Made by a program: the position numbers and the translations under genes
Origin: Mytilus edulis
Lineage: Eukaryota
Direction of reading: 5' to 3'
Assembly (NCBI RefSeq): GCF_963676685.1
Contig: NC_092353.1
Span: forward strand, 8,494,001 to 8,558,000
Length of the DNA: 64,000 nt
The notes under the pieces: model-generated
What the model saw: only the letters and a program-made list of their open reading frames with translations
Database searches by the model: none
What the model was told of the DNA's origin: nothing
Shown here: positions 23,990 to 37,500 of the stretch, one piece after another
Layout: the number at the start of each line of letters is the position of its first letter
Numbering within the stretch: the stretch's first letter is position 1

Positions 23990-26900
23990 ATTTTCGTCTA
24001 CATTGGCTGTCCACTTCCGTATCCTCTCCCGGGCCTTGATGCTCGCATTTAGTTTCGGTCGAGTACTCCTTTGCGTTGTGTCTTCATGTTGCTCGTCAGT
24101 ATGATCGCTTGTAGCATCAGAATGTGTCCCCGATACCTCCAACGGAAATAGTTTTACGATTGGTAGGGATGTCTCACCATTGCTTGTCTGTATCCGTGCT
24201 GCCCGTATAAGTCCATCATTGCCTCTAATAAGTTCATTTACTATACCCAGTTTCTAATTGACTCTAGGCGATTCGTTATGTATTTGAACTATGTCTCCAA
24301 TATGAAAAGATTGTTCGTTTTTCCCTAAAGATTTGTGAAATTCGCGCAATGAAGTTAAGTATTCAGACTTCAATCTGGTCCAGAAGGGTTGTATTAATAA
24401 AGTTTTTCTGTGTGCACATTTGTTGAGTTCTTTATGATTCATATAGGTTGGATCGATGAATTCCTCTATGTCTATTTGCGGATATGGCAATGCTGATATT
24501 CTTCTATCATACAAAAGATGAGAGGGGGTTACAGTCTCGCAATCTCTGATATCTGATGAAAAATATGTAAGTGGCCTGTCATTTAAAATTCTTTCTATTT
24601 CTGTCACGCAGTCTGTAGAGTTTTATATACTAACTCGAGTTCGTTCAAGTGTCTTTTTCAAGCTTGTCTTTGTTAGCGCAATAAGTCTCTCCCGGAATCC
24701 ACCATACCAAGGAGCGCGTTTTGGTATGAACTTCCATTCTATTCCTCGTATAGACAACGTTTCTTTTAGTGTTGCCGATTCACATACTTGTTTTAGTTCC
24801 TCTGCTCCTGCAATGAAAGTAGTTGCATTATCAGATATAAGTGTCTTAGGTATTTATTTGCGACTTACGAAACGCCGGAAAGGTTGAGCAAACGAATGTT
24901 CGGTTAGGTTCGGAACCACTTTTAGATGAACGGCTCTGTTAGAAGCGCATATGTTTACTTTTTTAAAATTGTTATTTGGATGGAGAGTTTTCTCATTGGC
25001 ACTCACACCACATCTTCCTATATCTATATATGTGATTTTGTTAAAATTCTATTTTCGTCTGTTACAAGTAATGCTCCTGTAAAGTCCACTGCAGTGACTG
25101 TAAAGGGGGGTGCTTCCTGTAATCTGATTTTTGGTAAAGGTGGTGGGTTTGGTACAACGTACGATTTTCATTCACTTTGCGGCAAATAACGCATTTGCGG
25201 AGTAATTTCTTTGCATACTGTCGAATAATTGGTATCCAAAACGTTTGTCTAATATAGGTGACTGTAGCATGCATTTCACTATGAAGTAATTGTTCGTGTG
25301 CATCCAATACAATTAGTCTAGTTAACAGATGATTTACCGGTATAAGGTACGGAAATTTTGCTGATTCTGGTATTTGTGCGTTGTGTATTCTCCCGTTTTA
25401 TCTGATAAGACCGGATTCGTCTAAGAAAAGTCCCAATTGTTGGACTCTTGGTACTTTATTTGTGTTTCTGTATTGTGCTCCTCTCAAATATGACATTTCA
25501 TCTGTATACGTAGACTCTTGACAATCAAAAATTCTAGTATTTACTGCTGTTTGAATTTCATTGACCTCCAGTGGTCCGCTTTTCCTGGAAATCCTATCCC
25601 GTCTACAGTTGCGGATAAAACGGATGACATAGGAGGTAATACGTAATAATTTCATGTAAGATCCATAGTTCCTAATATCCAATATATTTGTTACACTGCC
25701 TAGACTTTTTTGGTGTGTCCCATCCAAGTTGTCCAATTCCTCTTCATTTTCTCTGTCATCTATCAGTGACGTCAAAACGGTGTTTTTTGCGCTGTTTAGT
25801 TCTGGCCATTTTGTTCTATCTGTTAACCAATTTGGTCATTTCCGCCAAAGTATACTCTGGTCAAATTTTTCAATTGTAAGTCCTCTTGTAAGAAGATCTT
25901 CCGGGTTGTTATCAGCAGGGCAATACCGCCATTTGTATGGATGCGTCAATTTTATTATTTCCTTTACTCGATTGGCTATAAAACGTTTCAATGTCTTCGT
26001 ACATGTTAGCCAATGAAGAACAATGCTGCTATCTTACCAAAAAACAATTTTTTGACAATTAAGTGTTGAATGAAGATGTGCAGCTAGTCGTGCAGTTCAC
26101 GTTGTGGGAGGGTTAAACATTTGACTGGTGCTACTCTGGTTTTCGCCATTACTGAAGTTGCTTCGTTTTCGTTAATCAAATAAACTGCTGCGCCGTACGC
26201 TTTTGGACTTGCATCTGTAAATACATGAAGCACTAATTCTGTTGATGTTGATGGTTTGCTAAAATAATATCGAGGAATTGTGAATTGTATTGCCTTTTCC
26301 AAATCTTTGGTCAAATCTATCCAGTGGGACGTAGTCTTTAAATTATCTTGTACAAGTTCGTCCTAATCTAATCCACATTTCCATAACTCTTGTATCAGGA
26401 TCTTCGCTCTAATTGTAACCGGACTAAGTAAGCCTAGTGGGTCATAAATCTTTGAAAAATATTTCAAAACTTCTCGTTTAGTTACATGTTGAAGTAGTTT
26501 CAGTGTAGGAATTTCACGCTTAGGGTATAAGATTTCGTCGCTTCGACTGTTCCACAACAATCCAAGTATTTGTGTATACTTATCCGTATCTAGGACGTTT
26601 TCTTCTATAGCTAATTGTAGTAATTTAGCACTGTTTGAACTCCACGATCTCAAGTTGATTCCAGCTCCAGCCATCAAGCTCCTTTCTTCTTTGAAATACG
26701 TAAGTAAATCTCCCTCTTTGTTCATACTAGACAATATGTTATCAACATATATATCTCTTTCTAAAATTCTAGCTGTTTCACTGTTTCCGAATAGTTTCAA
26801 ATGTTTCTGTATTGTGGCGTTGAGTATAGAGGGCGAAGACGTCGCTCCAAATAACACTGCTGTGAACCTTTAAGTTTTCAGCTGACTACCTGGATTTGAA

Positions 26901-29311
26901 GGGTCACTAAGCCATAAAAATCGGGTAACGTCTCTATCTTCTTAGCTCAATCCAACATATAAGACAGCTTTCTCATTATCAGTACATGTAGCAAACTGGT
27001 TGGCTCTAAACTGTACTAGGAGTTTTGTCAAGTCATTTAATTTTGGTGGTGTGTCCATCAGACAATCATTTAAACTTGGATGACTTGGTGATTTACGACA
27101 ACTGCAGTCGTATACTATTCGTATAGGAGTTGTGCTAGATTCCTTGTGTATAGGGTGGTGTGGAATGTAATGAATTTTCCCGCCGTTTTGTTCTTTTTCA
27201 TCTACTGTCTCAACAAATCCTCTTCGTTCCTGTTCGGCGATTATATCTCCATACTTCTTTAGTAGTTTAGGATCTTGACTAAGTTTCTTAATAACGTTCT
27301 CTGTTCTTCTTCTTGTGACTGTATAATTTGATGGTAGTTCGTAATGTTACTGTCGTTTCAATGGCAATTTTGCAAAGTATTCATTTCCTTTGAGTTCAAT
27401 CCAAGTGTCTTGATATGTTTCCAAAAACTCCGTATCGTCTTCGTCTGTTTCCATCGAGTTAATACCAATTGATTCCAATCTCCAAAATGTTTCTATATTA
27501 TGCTCCTCCGTTCTTATGAGAAACAAGAATATTAAAAATGCTAGTACCCATGAACGAGTTATCCCTCTTGTCACTTACTGGACCGGAAAGTAAGAAATCT
27601 AACTTTGACCTCACGGCGGTTGCATCATTTCCTCGTATGACTTCATCCTCATCCAGTAGTCTACTCGGATTAATAACGATATTTCGAAAGTCTCTTTTTC
27701 AGCTAGACCTAATCACTACTTTACATTAATATTTATGACCCATATTATTTTACAGTGTCATTTCACCCTATTACTTGCTATATGAGACATAAAACTTTGA
27801 GAAATAAATTTGGAAGGGGTATACAAAAAGTTGGAAAGTAACACACTAAGGACTATATTCTTGGACAACGAAAATCAAAGGACGATAACTGTGTGCTCGG
27901 ACCATATGCTGTTGGCTGTAATTTTTATTTTGCACGCTTTGTCTACTCCTGTCATAATCGTGGTTCTTGCTGTTGAATTGGCGTACAGTACACAGACTTG
28001 TGTGGTGTCTTTTGTTGCAATTTCGGCATTAGTGTTTTGACTTACATTCATTTATACGATGTGTTCCAAGTCAGTTAACACACACTGTCTCGCGTTTTAC
28101 AATGTTCATGCGTGATGCTGGATCAGATACAATCGCGCAATGCGCTGGTGCGTGTACATCGCGGCACAATACTCAAGGTTTAGTGTCTAAAATCTGGCGT
28201 ATATTTCTTGTATTCAGAGCTTGATTTTGGCGGGGTTTTGTTGATTTAGTTCCGGTAAAGAAAGATGATGTACTTGGTAAATTGTTAGAAGTTTCAGTGT
28301 CTTGTCCTGCATCAATTATGTTTATTTCATTGCAAATACTTTTCCGGAGGTCTAGTAAAAACATTTCTCTGTTCCATGTTCACGGGCAAGGTTTTTTTTT
28401 TTTAAATTTCTCTCGGTAATTTATTCAAAATAATTAATGTAATGTAACATACCAGTCTTGTGATTGGCCTAAAGATTCTAGCCCTCTTACATAAGTTTCC
28501 ATTTGATCATAAAATTGTCTCAAGCTGACAAGATGGTTTCGTATTGATGGAATTTCTAATAATGCTTGTATGTACGCTTGCGTAATTTTGTGTGTTTGTT
28601 CGAAACTTTCCTTCAATGAAATAATGGCGTCAGCTGCGTAGTTTGCATTAGTAAGTGCAAAAGTTGAATGTTGCGTAATGATCCATTCTGTAACTGTGCT
28701 TTGAGGTAATTAAATTTCTGGTTCAAAGAAGGGTTTAAATGTATGGCGCATTCATACGAATCCCAGAAAGTTTAATTTGCCACTCTAATATATTCCCTGT
28801 GAATATCGGAAGTGAGAGTTTGGGTAAGTAGTGATTCTGACTGCTTGCGGATACATACGGATTCATATTAGTACTTACTGTGTTACTAGCTTGAGAGAAC
28901 TGATTTTGGGATGACTGCGTGCATGAGTTTAGTGTGAGGTTTACTGAGACGAACGGTTGATGTTCAACATTTAATATTTGCGATGAAGTTTCACTCTGAC
29001 GTGTCTTTGGTGTGGTATATATGAGTATCTTGAATAAAATTTCTTATGTGTCTTATTTTTGTCGCTACCGTAAAACAATACTCATCTGAGTCTAGAATTT
29101 TACTTTCAATATCTTCTGCTTCCGCTAGGTTGAGTATCTGCTCATTCAAATTGTTCAGTATATTTTGCTTCTGGAGAAGGTTTTCAAATGTTGCAGTCAA
29201 TTCTTCTGTGTCGAAATCTGTATCTTGCTTCACTGCATCTATCTTCCGAACAAGTTTTGTAACAGCACTACTGTGCACGGATCGTATCGACTTGAGCTTG
29301 CATAAATCCAT
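23990..29311 (-). pseudogene. Fragmented gag-pol polyprotein of BEL/Pao element
   Basis: ORF pieces 28991-29311 and 28434-28616 (gag), 26363-26857 (RT), 26084-26314 (RNase H), 25398-25775, 25062-25307 (integrase Zn finger), 24254-24607 (integrase C-terminal part). Confidence 0.9.
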
Positions 29312-29329
29312 TGGTCACGGTACTATAAA

Positions 29330-29493
29330 TGTGGAGGTTAAAAGTATGATATTTTCGCTTATATAAACAAATACTTCTGTTCAGCCATCACTTTTAATAA
29401 CAATTCAAAGATCCCAAGGCGACGTCACTGTTGTCGCCAACGTCGCCAATGGTACAAAGTAAGGCACGTCGTTATCCAGCTATAATCTCGACA
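29330..29493 (-). repeat. 5' LTR of BEL/Pao element (164 bp)
   Basis: Direct repeat of 23629-23797 with about 14 substitutions and one 5-bp indel (hand count). Confidence 0.93.
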
Positions 29494-31224
29494 TACATTA
29501 ATAGTTTGAGTTTGTTCACAGCAATACCATTAGATATGAAATACAATTTCTAGAAGATATGTTGATATAAGTCATGCATAAATATGTTCTTTTTTCGAAG
29601 AAATTTATAATCAAGTGCACAGGTGTAAATAATTTTTAATACAGGCCAAACTTTACAGCAATTAATTTAAAAAGTGTGGTTAGTAAGACTAAAGTATGCC
29701 CTATATTTTGATCATAGTTAATGCTGGTAATGCTCTATTAATTTGCAAAAGTATAGATTATTCTAAATACTAAGGATTTGCTTATACCAAGCATAAAGGT
29801 TGATTACCTTAGTCGTATTTGGCACAACAATTTGGATTTTTTTTCCTCAATGCATTTCAACTTTATACTTGTTTGTATTTCTAACTATCTGACCCGAGTG
29901 TCACTGTTAAGTTTTATGAGGACAACATGCGCGTCTTGTGTATCAAATTTTGAAAATTGAACAGTTTCCCTTATGAAACAAGAAGAAGTCATTCTTTTTA
30001 CAACGTCAAAAATCGCGCATACACATTTTGATAACCCACTTTATAGAATTAGGAAAAATAGCAATTTTGAGCTTTGTTGTGTTGATATAATAATGTATAT
30101 ACTATATCTCCTTTGTTTCCATTCAAAAATCGGCTATATAGTTATAAATAAGTTAAGAAAAAATTGTCACATGGAAAAAATAATGTCTTTAATATTAATT
30201 TGATACATTATATACAAGGGACTATCACATTTATATTTAGGGTAAACAAAATGTATCATTACAAATAGTTTTACCCTCAGTTCGAATGAATGCATATATA
30301 ATTGGTTTACAATACGATTGTATTGCATGACAAACAAAATAATCATTCAACAAAAGAATTAATATGAAATCATAAAAAAAAGTTCCATCTTTAAAGTGTC
30401 AAACATCTCTTAAATATACAAACAGTGACTACTGCTTATTTTGCATATACATGTATCATACATACAGTCATTACTTGTTACACATATGTCTGAAATCAAA
30501 ATATACCAAGGTATTTTGAAGATAGTATTTCTTTTTAACAAGTCCGGATGATGTTCGTCTCTCTGCTACTTTTTTTACTGATTAAATTAACAAATAGTAT
30601 ACAAGATAATTGTGTAGGAATAACATTCAACACAACTCATCCACGGACAAATATATTAAAGCCCATTATTGACGACCATGCACTTCTTTATTTCGGTGTA
30701 TGTTTACCAATTATTCTTTCAAAACATTCTGTAAAACAATAGTCTTTGTGATAGTTTAATTCAGCTAACCCACGACAGTCTGTAATTTCTTGATGTCTGA
30801 AAATAAAACAAAAAAAATATAAAGACTTAATTCAAAAATTTTCTTTCCGTCTATCAGTCGTTTTATCTGTCAATCTTGTAAATTTAAGGTTTAAATGAAA
30901 TATTACAATTTATTGGTATACATCTTATAAACCTTGAGTAAAAGTAATCTTTGATATAACATTATACTAAGTTTGAATTGTACATTATACAATATTTCAT
31001 CTTAATCGGACAAGTTGACACTACACGACATAAGCTATTTCATGTAGGAATTTTGTTTTTAATTAAATTCCTCAAAAGATTCCAAAAACAAACTTTCATT
31101 CCATTAAAAGTTTAATGAAGCAATAAGGTCATCCTCATCGGCGATCACCATCCGCTTTTATAAGGTGGTTGTGTTGATAATTCTAATTTTGTACATGCTT
31201 CTTTTTATAACTATTTCGATCTGA

Positions 31225-31268
31225 GCGTCACTGGTGAGTCTTATGTAGACGAAACGCGCGTCTGGCGT
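31225..31268 (+). ncRNA. Minimal type-I hammerhead ribozyme motif (Penelope/retrozyme type), core A6 mutated
   Basis: GCGTCA-CTGGTGA-GTCT(tatgt)AGAC-GAAA-CGCGCG-TC-TGGCGT: stems I, II and palindromic stem III all pair; the consensus core is CUGANGA. Confidence 0.75.
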
Positions 31269-31518
31269 ATTAAATTATAGTCCTGGTACTATCTGAGCAA
31301 TTTAATATAGATTTGTTTTATTCGTCGTTTTTCATTTTACCATGTATGTACCGGCCTGTTATCAAGCTTTGAGTTTTAATTCTTCCCGAATTTTCACCAG
31401 TATACTTTTAACACTTTCTGGAGTTACTAAGTGTATTTTATAGTTTCATATTCTCACAAGTTAAGGTTACAAAAGAATTTCCTATACCTTATTTCTTTCA
31501 CACTTACATATTGTTAAT

Positions 31519-34500
31519 TTAAATAAAAGTCCGCGTCTTCAGATTGGCCCTCATTGGTTTGTTGTATGGATATTCATCTGAACTCATTTGGTTACCTTGT
31601 TAGAAAAAATAAAAAGAATGTTCTTTTCTACCTTGCCTGACAGAATCAGACTCATCATTTCTTTTTCCATTTATAAAAAAATTAATTTTTAATGTGTTAG
31701 CTTTTTCTTCCGGAAACAGACTGCCAGACTGGCAAATCTATGTCCTGTCAATCGTGTTTATTTTTCAAAGCTGAAGTGGCTTTGGATACATACACTTTCT
31801 CAAGTGGTATTTAATTAAAAGTTGGGATGGTCTACGTATACCTTGGGATTTTGCATTTAATTGCATACGGATAAGACATGATGCTTTTATTAATACCCGA
31901 TTATATGAATCCTTTTTAACGTATATCAAATTCAGTAATCATAACAGTGTAACTAGTAAAAGATCAACTTCAGGACCCCCGCAGTACATCATTACAGTGG
32001 AAAATGAACTTCAGACATATCACAGAACCTGACTTTAGTATAACTAGTGGAAGATGAATTGCAGTCCCATCGCAGTACCTAATTTATTTATAAGTTCTTG
32101 TGAAGTGTTGACATGCTAATATTATACTTCAAGAGGAACGCTTATTTATTTGCTTGAAACTTGAGAAGCATCTTCGTAGATTTCGAGAACAGCAATGATA
32201 TAGTTTCTTATAAGTCGACATGCTGTTTTATGTATTCTGGCTACCTAAATAACATTCAAACACATAAGTCGAAACAACTGACAACACCATGGATGAAAAC
32301 ATAAACGACTAACAGATGAGCAACAATTCACAAAACACAACATGTAAAACACAATAATTAGTTACATAAAACTCAAAGACAAGACGTGATAACTAGTGGT
32401 CCTGAAAAGTGAGCATATCCAGCTCCACTTGCGGTACCCGTCGTGTTGCTCATGTAAGTACAAGCCACTAGTAGCACGATTTCAGTCTGAAATAGTCGTT
32501 TTGGTCTGATCATATCTTAATCAACTGGATTTACCGCTGGAAAAACTTCAAGACTTTTCAGACCGTTAAGACGCCGTTCCGATCGATAGTCTCATCAGGT
32601 AAATCAGTCCGTTAAGGCATGTCAAGATAAACAAGACTGAATCTCCAAGCGAGCTGTTTAGATCCGTTACGACGGTGTCATACCAAAACAGACCATGGAT
32701 ACAAAATTACATTAAGATGCTGTCAGACCGTGTTCAGTCGTGTTCAGATTTTAATAATTTGGACACAAAACGGGTGAAACTTTCCCAGTGTTTATCAGGG
32801 GTTGCTCCCCTTTAAAGAATAAAAAAAAAATTAGAAAAAAAACCCAGTTTATGTTAACTGAAAATCTACCATGTCCACTTAATAAAAAAAAAGAAAATAA
32901 TAAATTCTAATTCTTACTTCTTCCTATTAAATTATTTAACATTTTCTTTATTAAAAAACATAAGCAGCTCAAAGTCATACTGCTACTCAAACCGCTGCGA
33001 ATTGAGTTAAAAATCAACAGATTGCCGAAATAATATTTATTTATTTAATAAAAGCATCTGAAATTTTATATTTATGGTTTAAAAGTGATTGCAAATAAAT
33101 GATTATGCAATTACAGACTGGTGCTGTGGTGAAAAATTTGCCAATTTGACGTTACAGATCATTTTTATTCCCTTAAAAATTACGAATGTCGGGATAAACA
33201 CTTGAAAACGTGATCTAAATATGTTTAATTAAATGTTTGATGTAACTTTTTTTTTAAATATTGTAAATAAATATGCATCATCATTTAACTTTTTATGTTT
33301 TGTTGATAAATTTCATTTGAGTTATTGTAAATTTGAGACGGGGAAAAACTATAGCTATGTATGTCTTTTGTCGTTTTCCGTTTATTGTCATGGTATTGAT
33401 CGTTCATTTTTGCCATAATTGTGCGTTTGATTTTTCCATCTTTATTTTTAATTGTGTCTATAATCAAGAGCCTTCTATAACTATTTTACATACCAGATTG
33501 AGATGCCTTCGTTAAAAATACAGTTTGAATATTATTGCACAAGTTTGTGAATATTTAAAATAGGGCGTTCAGGAAAACAAAAGTCGCTATATTGAATGCT
33601 TGTAAAACTCCGTTACATGTGGTACACTCATATTTAAATACCTTTCTGTTAAATATGAAAGTGTAAAAACAGTAATTAAAATCCGCCTGAATAGTGACTA
33701 TCTAACTTATTTTTCAAATATCGAATACACAAATAAATCTCTAACCTATCCACGCTTGCAATTTGTTTTTACTGACAGGTGTCTGATGGCATTCGATTGG
33801 ACATCAGTTTGATGTAGGCGTAACAATTCATCACATGTATCCAATCAGCTGTTTTGTGTGCGATGCCATACAGTCCACATGGATAAGTTTTTTTTATAAT
33901 GATTGCGAACAAAATTATTCGTACAGAATATACATACACTATAAAACACGGTGGCGGATATACCGGGGTATAGGGGGCACGTCCCCCCCAGTTCATGTCA
34001 CCAAAAAAATGTCTAACATTATATATCATTGCTACTGTATCTTCTTATCTAGAGCGGAAATTAATCACAGCTTGATTTGACTTCTTTAACTGGCCGTTAA
34101 TTACACCCAATTTACAATAACCTTGACAAATCTCACTACTAGCCTGGTTGATAGACTGCTCGACTATCTTCTCTACTACTTTAATATTTATTATTGTCAG
34201 TTGTGTCCCAGTGAATTCTTCAGAAAACTATTTCGTGACGCTTCGAATACCAGATAATTGATTAGTTAGCTTGGCCGTATAAACTCGTCATTGAATTGAT
34301 AAGTCATTGTTATATGATAAAAAACCTACAGATAAATTTCATTTGTCTAACTGGACAGGGCATGATATTGGTATCCATCGTATGTCCGAATTATAAATAA
34401 ACAATCATTTGAATAAAATAAAGAAGATGTGGTATCTAACGAGATATAAGGAGTTCTTGGTTTTATTTACGTCAATAATATTGCAAACAAACAACGTTAA

Positions 34501-37500
34501 CATAAATACAACCAAAAGACATCGAAAGAAAATTGAATTTTTCGTTTTGCAGTTCAAACTATAATTTTAAGTATAAAGAACAGTTATATTATAACTATAC
34601 CACGCAACAAGTTCTCTGGTTCCATGTCATAGTAGAGTGAAAATGGCTCACTTTCATTTGACCTTTAAAGAGGCAGAATTTGTTGATGCAGATTTTGAAA
34701 ATAATGATAAACAATATATAGCAAATACAATATTCATAAAAAAAGAATTCAAACAGTAATCACAGCTTATTAGTGAGGGTGTAAGGGAAACGAATTTAAC
34801 AACCTATCTGGAAAAGTTATGTAAAATACAAAATTATGTGTTATAAACCTTAGGGGCGTTAGCTGTTAAGCTATGATTTCTGTTTGAATTCTTTTTTTAT
34901 GAATATTGTATTTTGCTATATATTGTTTGCTGTATATTGTGTATGTGTTATATACACATTAGGGGCGTTAGGCTGAATGTGTGTGTCCTTATTACACCAA
35001 GATAATGCAGAACGACAAATTGAATAATTCAGGACAGGGGCTTTCAATACTAACGGATTCCCTGTTTAGTACATGTAGGAGATCTTACAGCAATTTGATA
35101 ATATGCTATTGAAATGCAAGTATCCAATGTATGTATCGACAACTTTGCGTAAAAAAGAAATTTTGATAGAAAACAAAGACACTTTTCCTTGCATAATTTA
35201 ATCTTGAATAATTGAAAATTATTATAATTTATGGGCATTTTTTTTTAACATGTTACACCACAGCCAAACTTTGTATGTTTGCATAACATATACTTGTACT
35301 GTTTGGAGTAACATAACAATTAGACGATATAGGTTAGAAAGTCACATAAAAAGAATTAAAGGACAAAACGTTATTATATGGATTGTTTTTTTCGGAAAAT
35401 GTTTTTTTTTTGCAAATATTTTTTCGTTACTGTTTTTGTACATACATTAGACCGTTAATTTTCTCGTTATATATAGGATTGCATTTATACACAACAACAA
35501 TTCAGACCTGAAGTTTCAACAAAGAAGAAAAAGGGGTATAGCTTGCTCCATGGAATATATGCTCTTTGTTGAAGGCTGTTCACCTATATTTGCTAACTGC
35601 TACGATATTTGATTTCTGGTGGAGATTTGTATCAATGATAATTATACATATGCCACATCTTTAATATAAATTATCTCGCCATTTAGTTATTGAAGATGAC
35701 AGACATGCATTGTCATTGTGAGGCTTAAAATTAAGATTTATTTAGAGTTTGATTGTACAGGACTACTGGAGATAGATGTAGGGTGTTCATTAAGGAGACA
35801 CAGATTGAATGCAGTAACATGACCAGCTTTATGTACTATGGCGATCTTGGTGGTGTTTAGACGCACCACCTTGTAAAATAAATAACAAGTTTAATAGAAT
35901 AACTCGCACAGAAAAAAAACCAGCTCCTACGGTAATAGTAAACTAGGACATATCAACAGAAAACGAATTAAAGCAACCGACATTAAACAAAAATATGCAT
36001 GTGTTAACTCCGCTTCATTTCTGTGGATTGTCTCAGTGGCTATTATTCCACATCTCCTTACTTTTTTAGGTTACGTTTAGGATTTTCCGTTGCTAATTTT
36101 TAAATACAAAAAACATTTTCACACGGTGTTCACAACATTTTAAGGTTAAATGTATGGCAAACAATTTTGTGTGTATACAATTAACATACGTCCTTGCAAT
36201 ATACATAAATAAACTAACATATATTAAAACATAAGCAACATATATAGACGAATAATTTATTAGTTTCTCAATAAAACATTAACAGAAATAACGAATCAAC
36301 AGACGATTTAATCTTTAATTACTTTTTTTATTTATTCGAAAGATATACTTTAAATTCTATTAAATAAATATATATATATTAATATAAAATACATTATCAA
36401 GCAGAAGGGGCGTAAATCGTGTTATCATACTGGCATACTGAACGGATCTAAACATGGTCTGACAATTTTTAAAGTTTTTTTTGAGGTTTGGTCTGTTTTG
36501 GTCTGACACCGTCGAAACGGATCTAAACAGCTCTCTAGAAGATTTAGTCTTGTTGATATTGACATGCCTGAACGGACTGATACCTGATGAGACTATCGAT
36601 CGGAACGGCGTCTTAACGGTCTGAAAAGTCTTGACGTTTTTCCCTAGCGGTAAATCCAGTCAATTAAGGTATAATCAGACCAAAATGACCGTTTCAGACA
36701 GATATCGTGCTACTAGTTAGCCAAGTGATAAGTATAATTCGGTTGGTCACATTTAAAGAAAAGAGGAAGGGTTTGTGGCCACTAAAACTGGTAAGTATAA
36801 AAATGATTACACATGTAGTCGTAGATGGATAGCACAAACCACACCTCTTTGGGGAGTTATATATTATAGTGATATATATTGTTTGCTTAACCTACTGGTT
36901 TTCATATATAATCTCTATATTCCATCTCGTAGAGACATAACTCGTGAATGTAACAATGTAACCAGTACAGATGCTCATGTATAGCAGTAAATTTGAATTC
37001 TAAAGCAGACCAAAAGTGCAAGAAGGTGTAATGCAGAATTTCAGTAGAAGTTTAAACACTCATTGTCGAACAGCACTTTATCTTGGCCTTTTAAACTATA
37101 AGCATATGAGCTCTCCATTCTAGGATATAATTATAACAATACGTCATAGTGAAAACGGTACAGTTTTAACCGTACACGGAAATCGCATTGTATACATTAA
37201 CAGAAATACAACCTTTTTATGCTTTAACATATGGTAAAACATGATGATCTAGTTTGCGCCTGTCCCACGTCAGGAACATCTGGCTTGGAAATGTTGTTTG
37301 ACTTTTTATTTTAGTTCATTTATTTATTTCTAAGTTCAGTATGACGTCTATTATCACTTAAAAAGTACACAGTTTTGTTAAGGGTCCAAGCTGAAGCACG
37401 ACTCCCGGTGCGGAATTTACTTGCTGTGTTGAAGATCCATTAGTGCCCTTCGTCTGTTTTTTGCTCTAATGTCGGGTTGTTATCTCTAAGGACAAATTCC

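Larger units (their letters stand above)
23629..29493 (-). mobile_element. BEL/Pao LTR retrotransposon, decayed (gag-pol pseudogene)
   Basis: TG...CA LTRs at 23629-23797 and 29330-29493; near-TSD gacat/tacat; PBS-like TAGTACCGTGACC (tRNA-His-like) just before gag ATG 29311; RT (FGATSSP, YVDN), Pao RNase H (LHVFTDASPKAYGAAVY), integrase HHCC and core fragments, all broken by stops and frameshifts. Confidence 0.95.

Noticed and set aside
34770-34807. Terminal coding exon of the aGPCR
   Set aside because: Lies inside the CACTA-type insertion; 31519-31595 has a stronger acceptor and a PDZ-type end. Kept only as a cryptic option.
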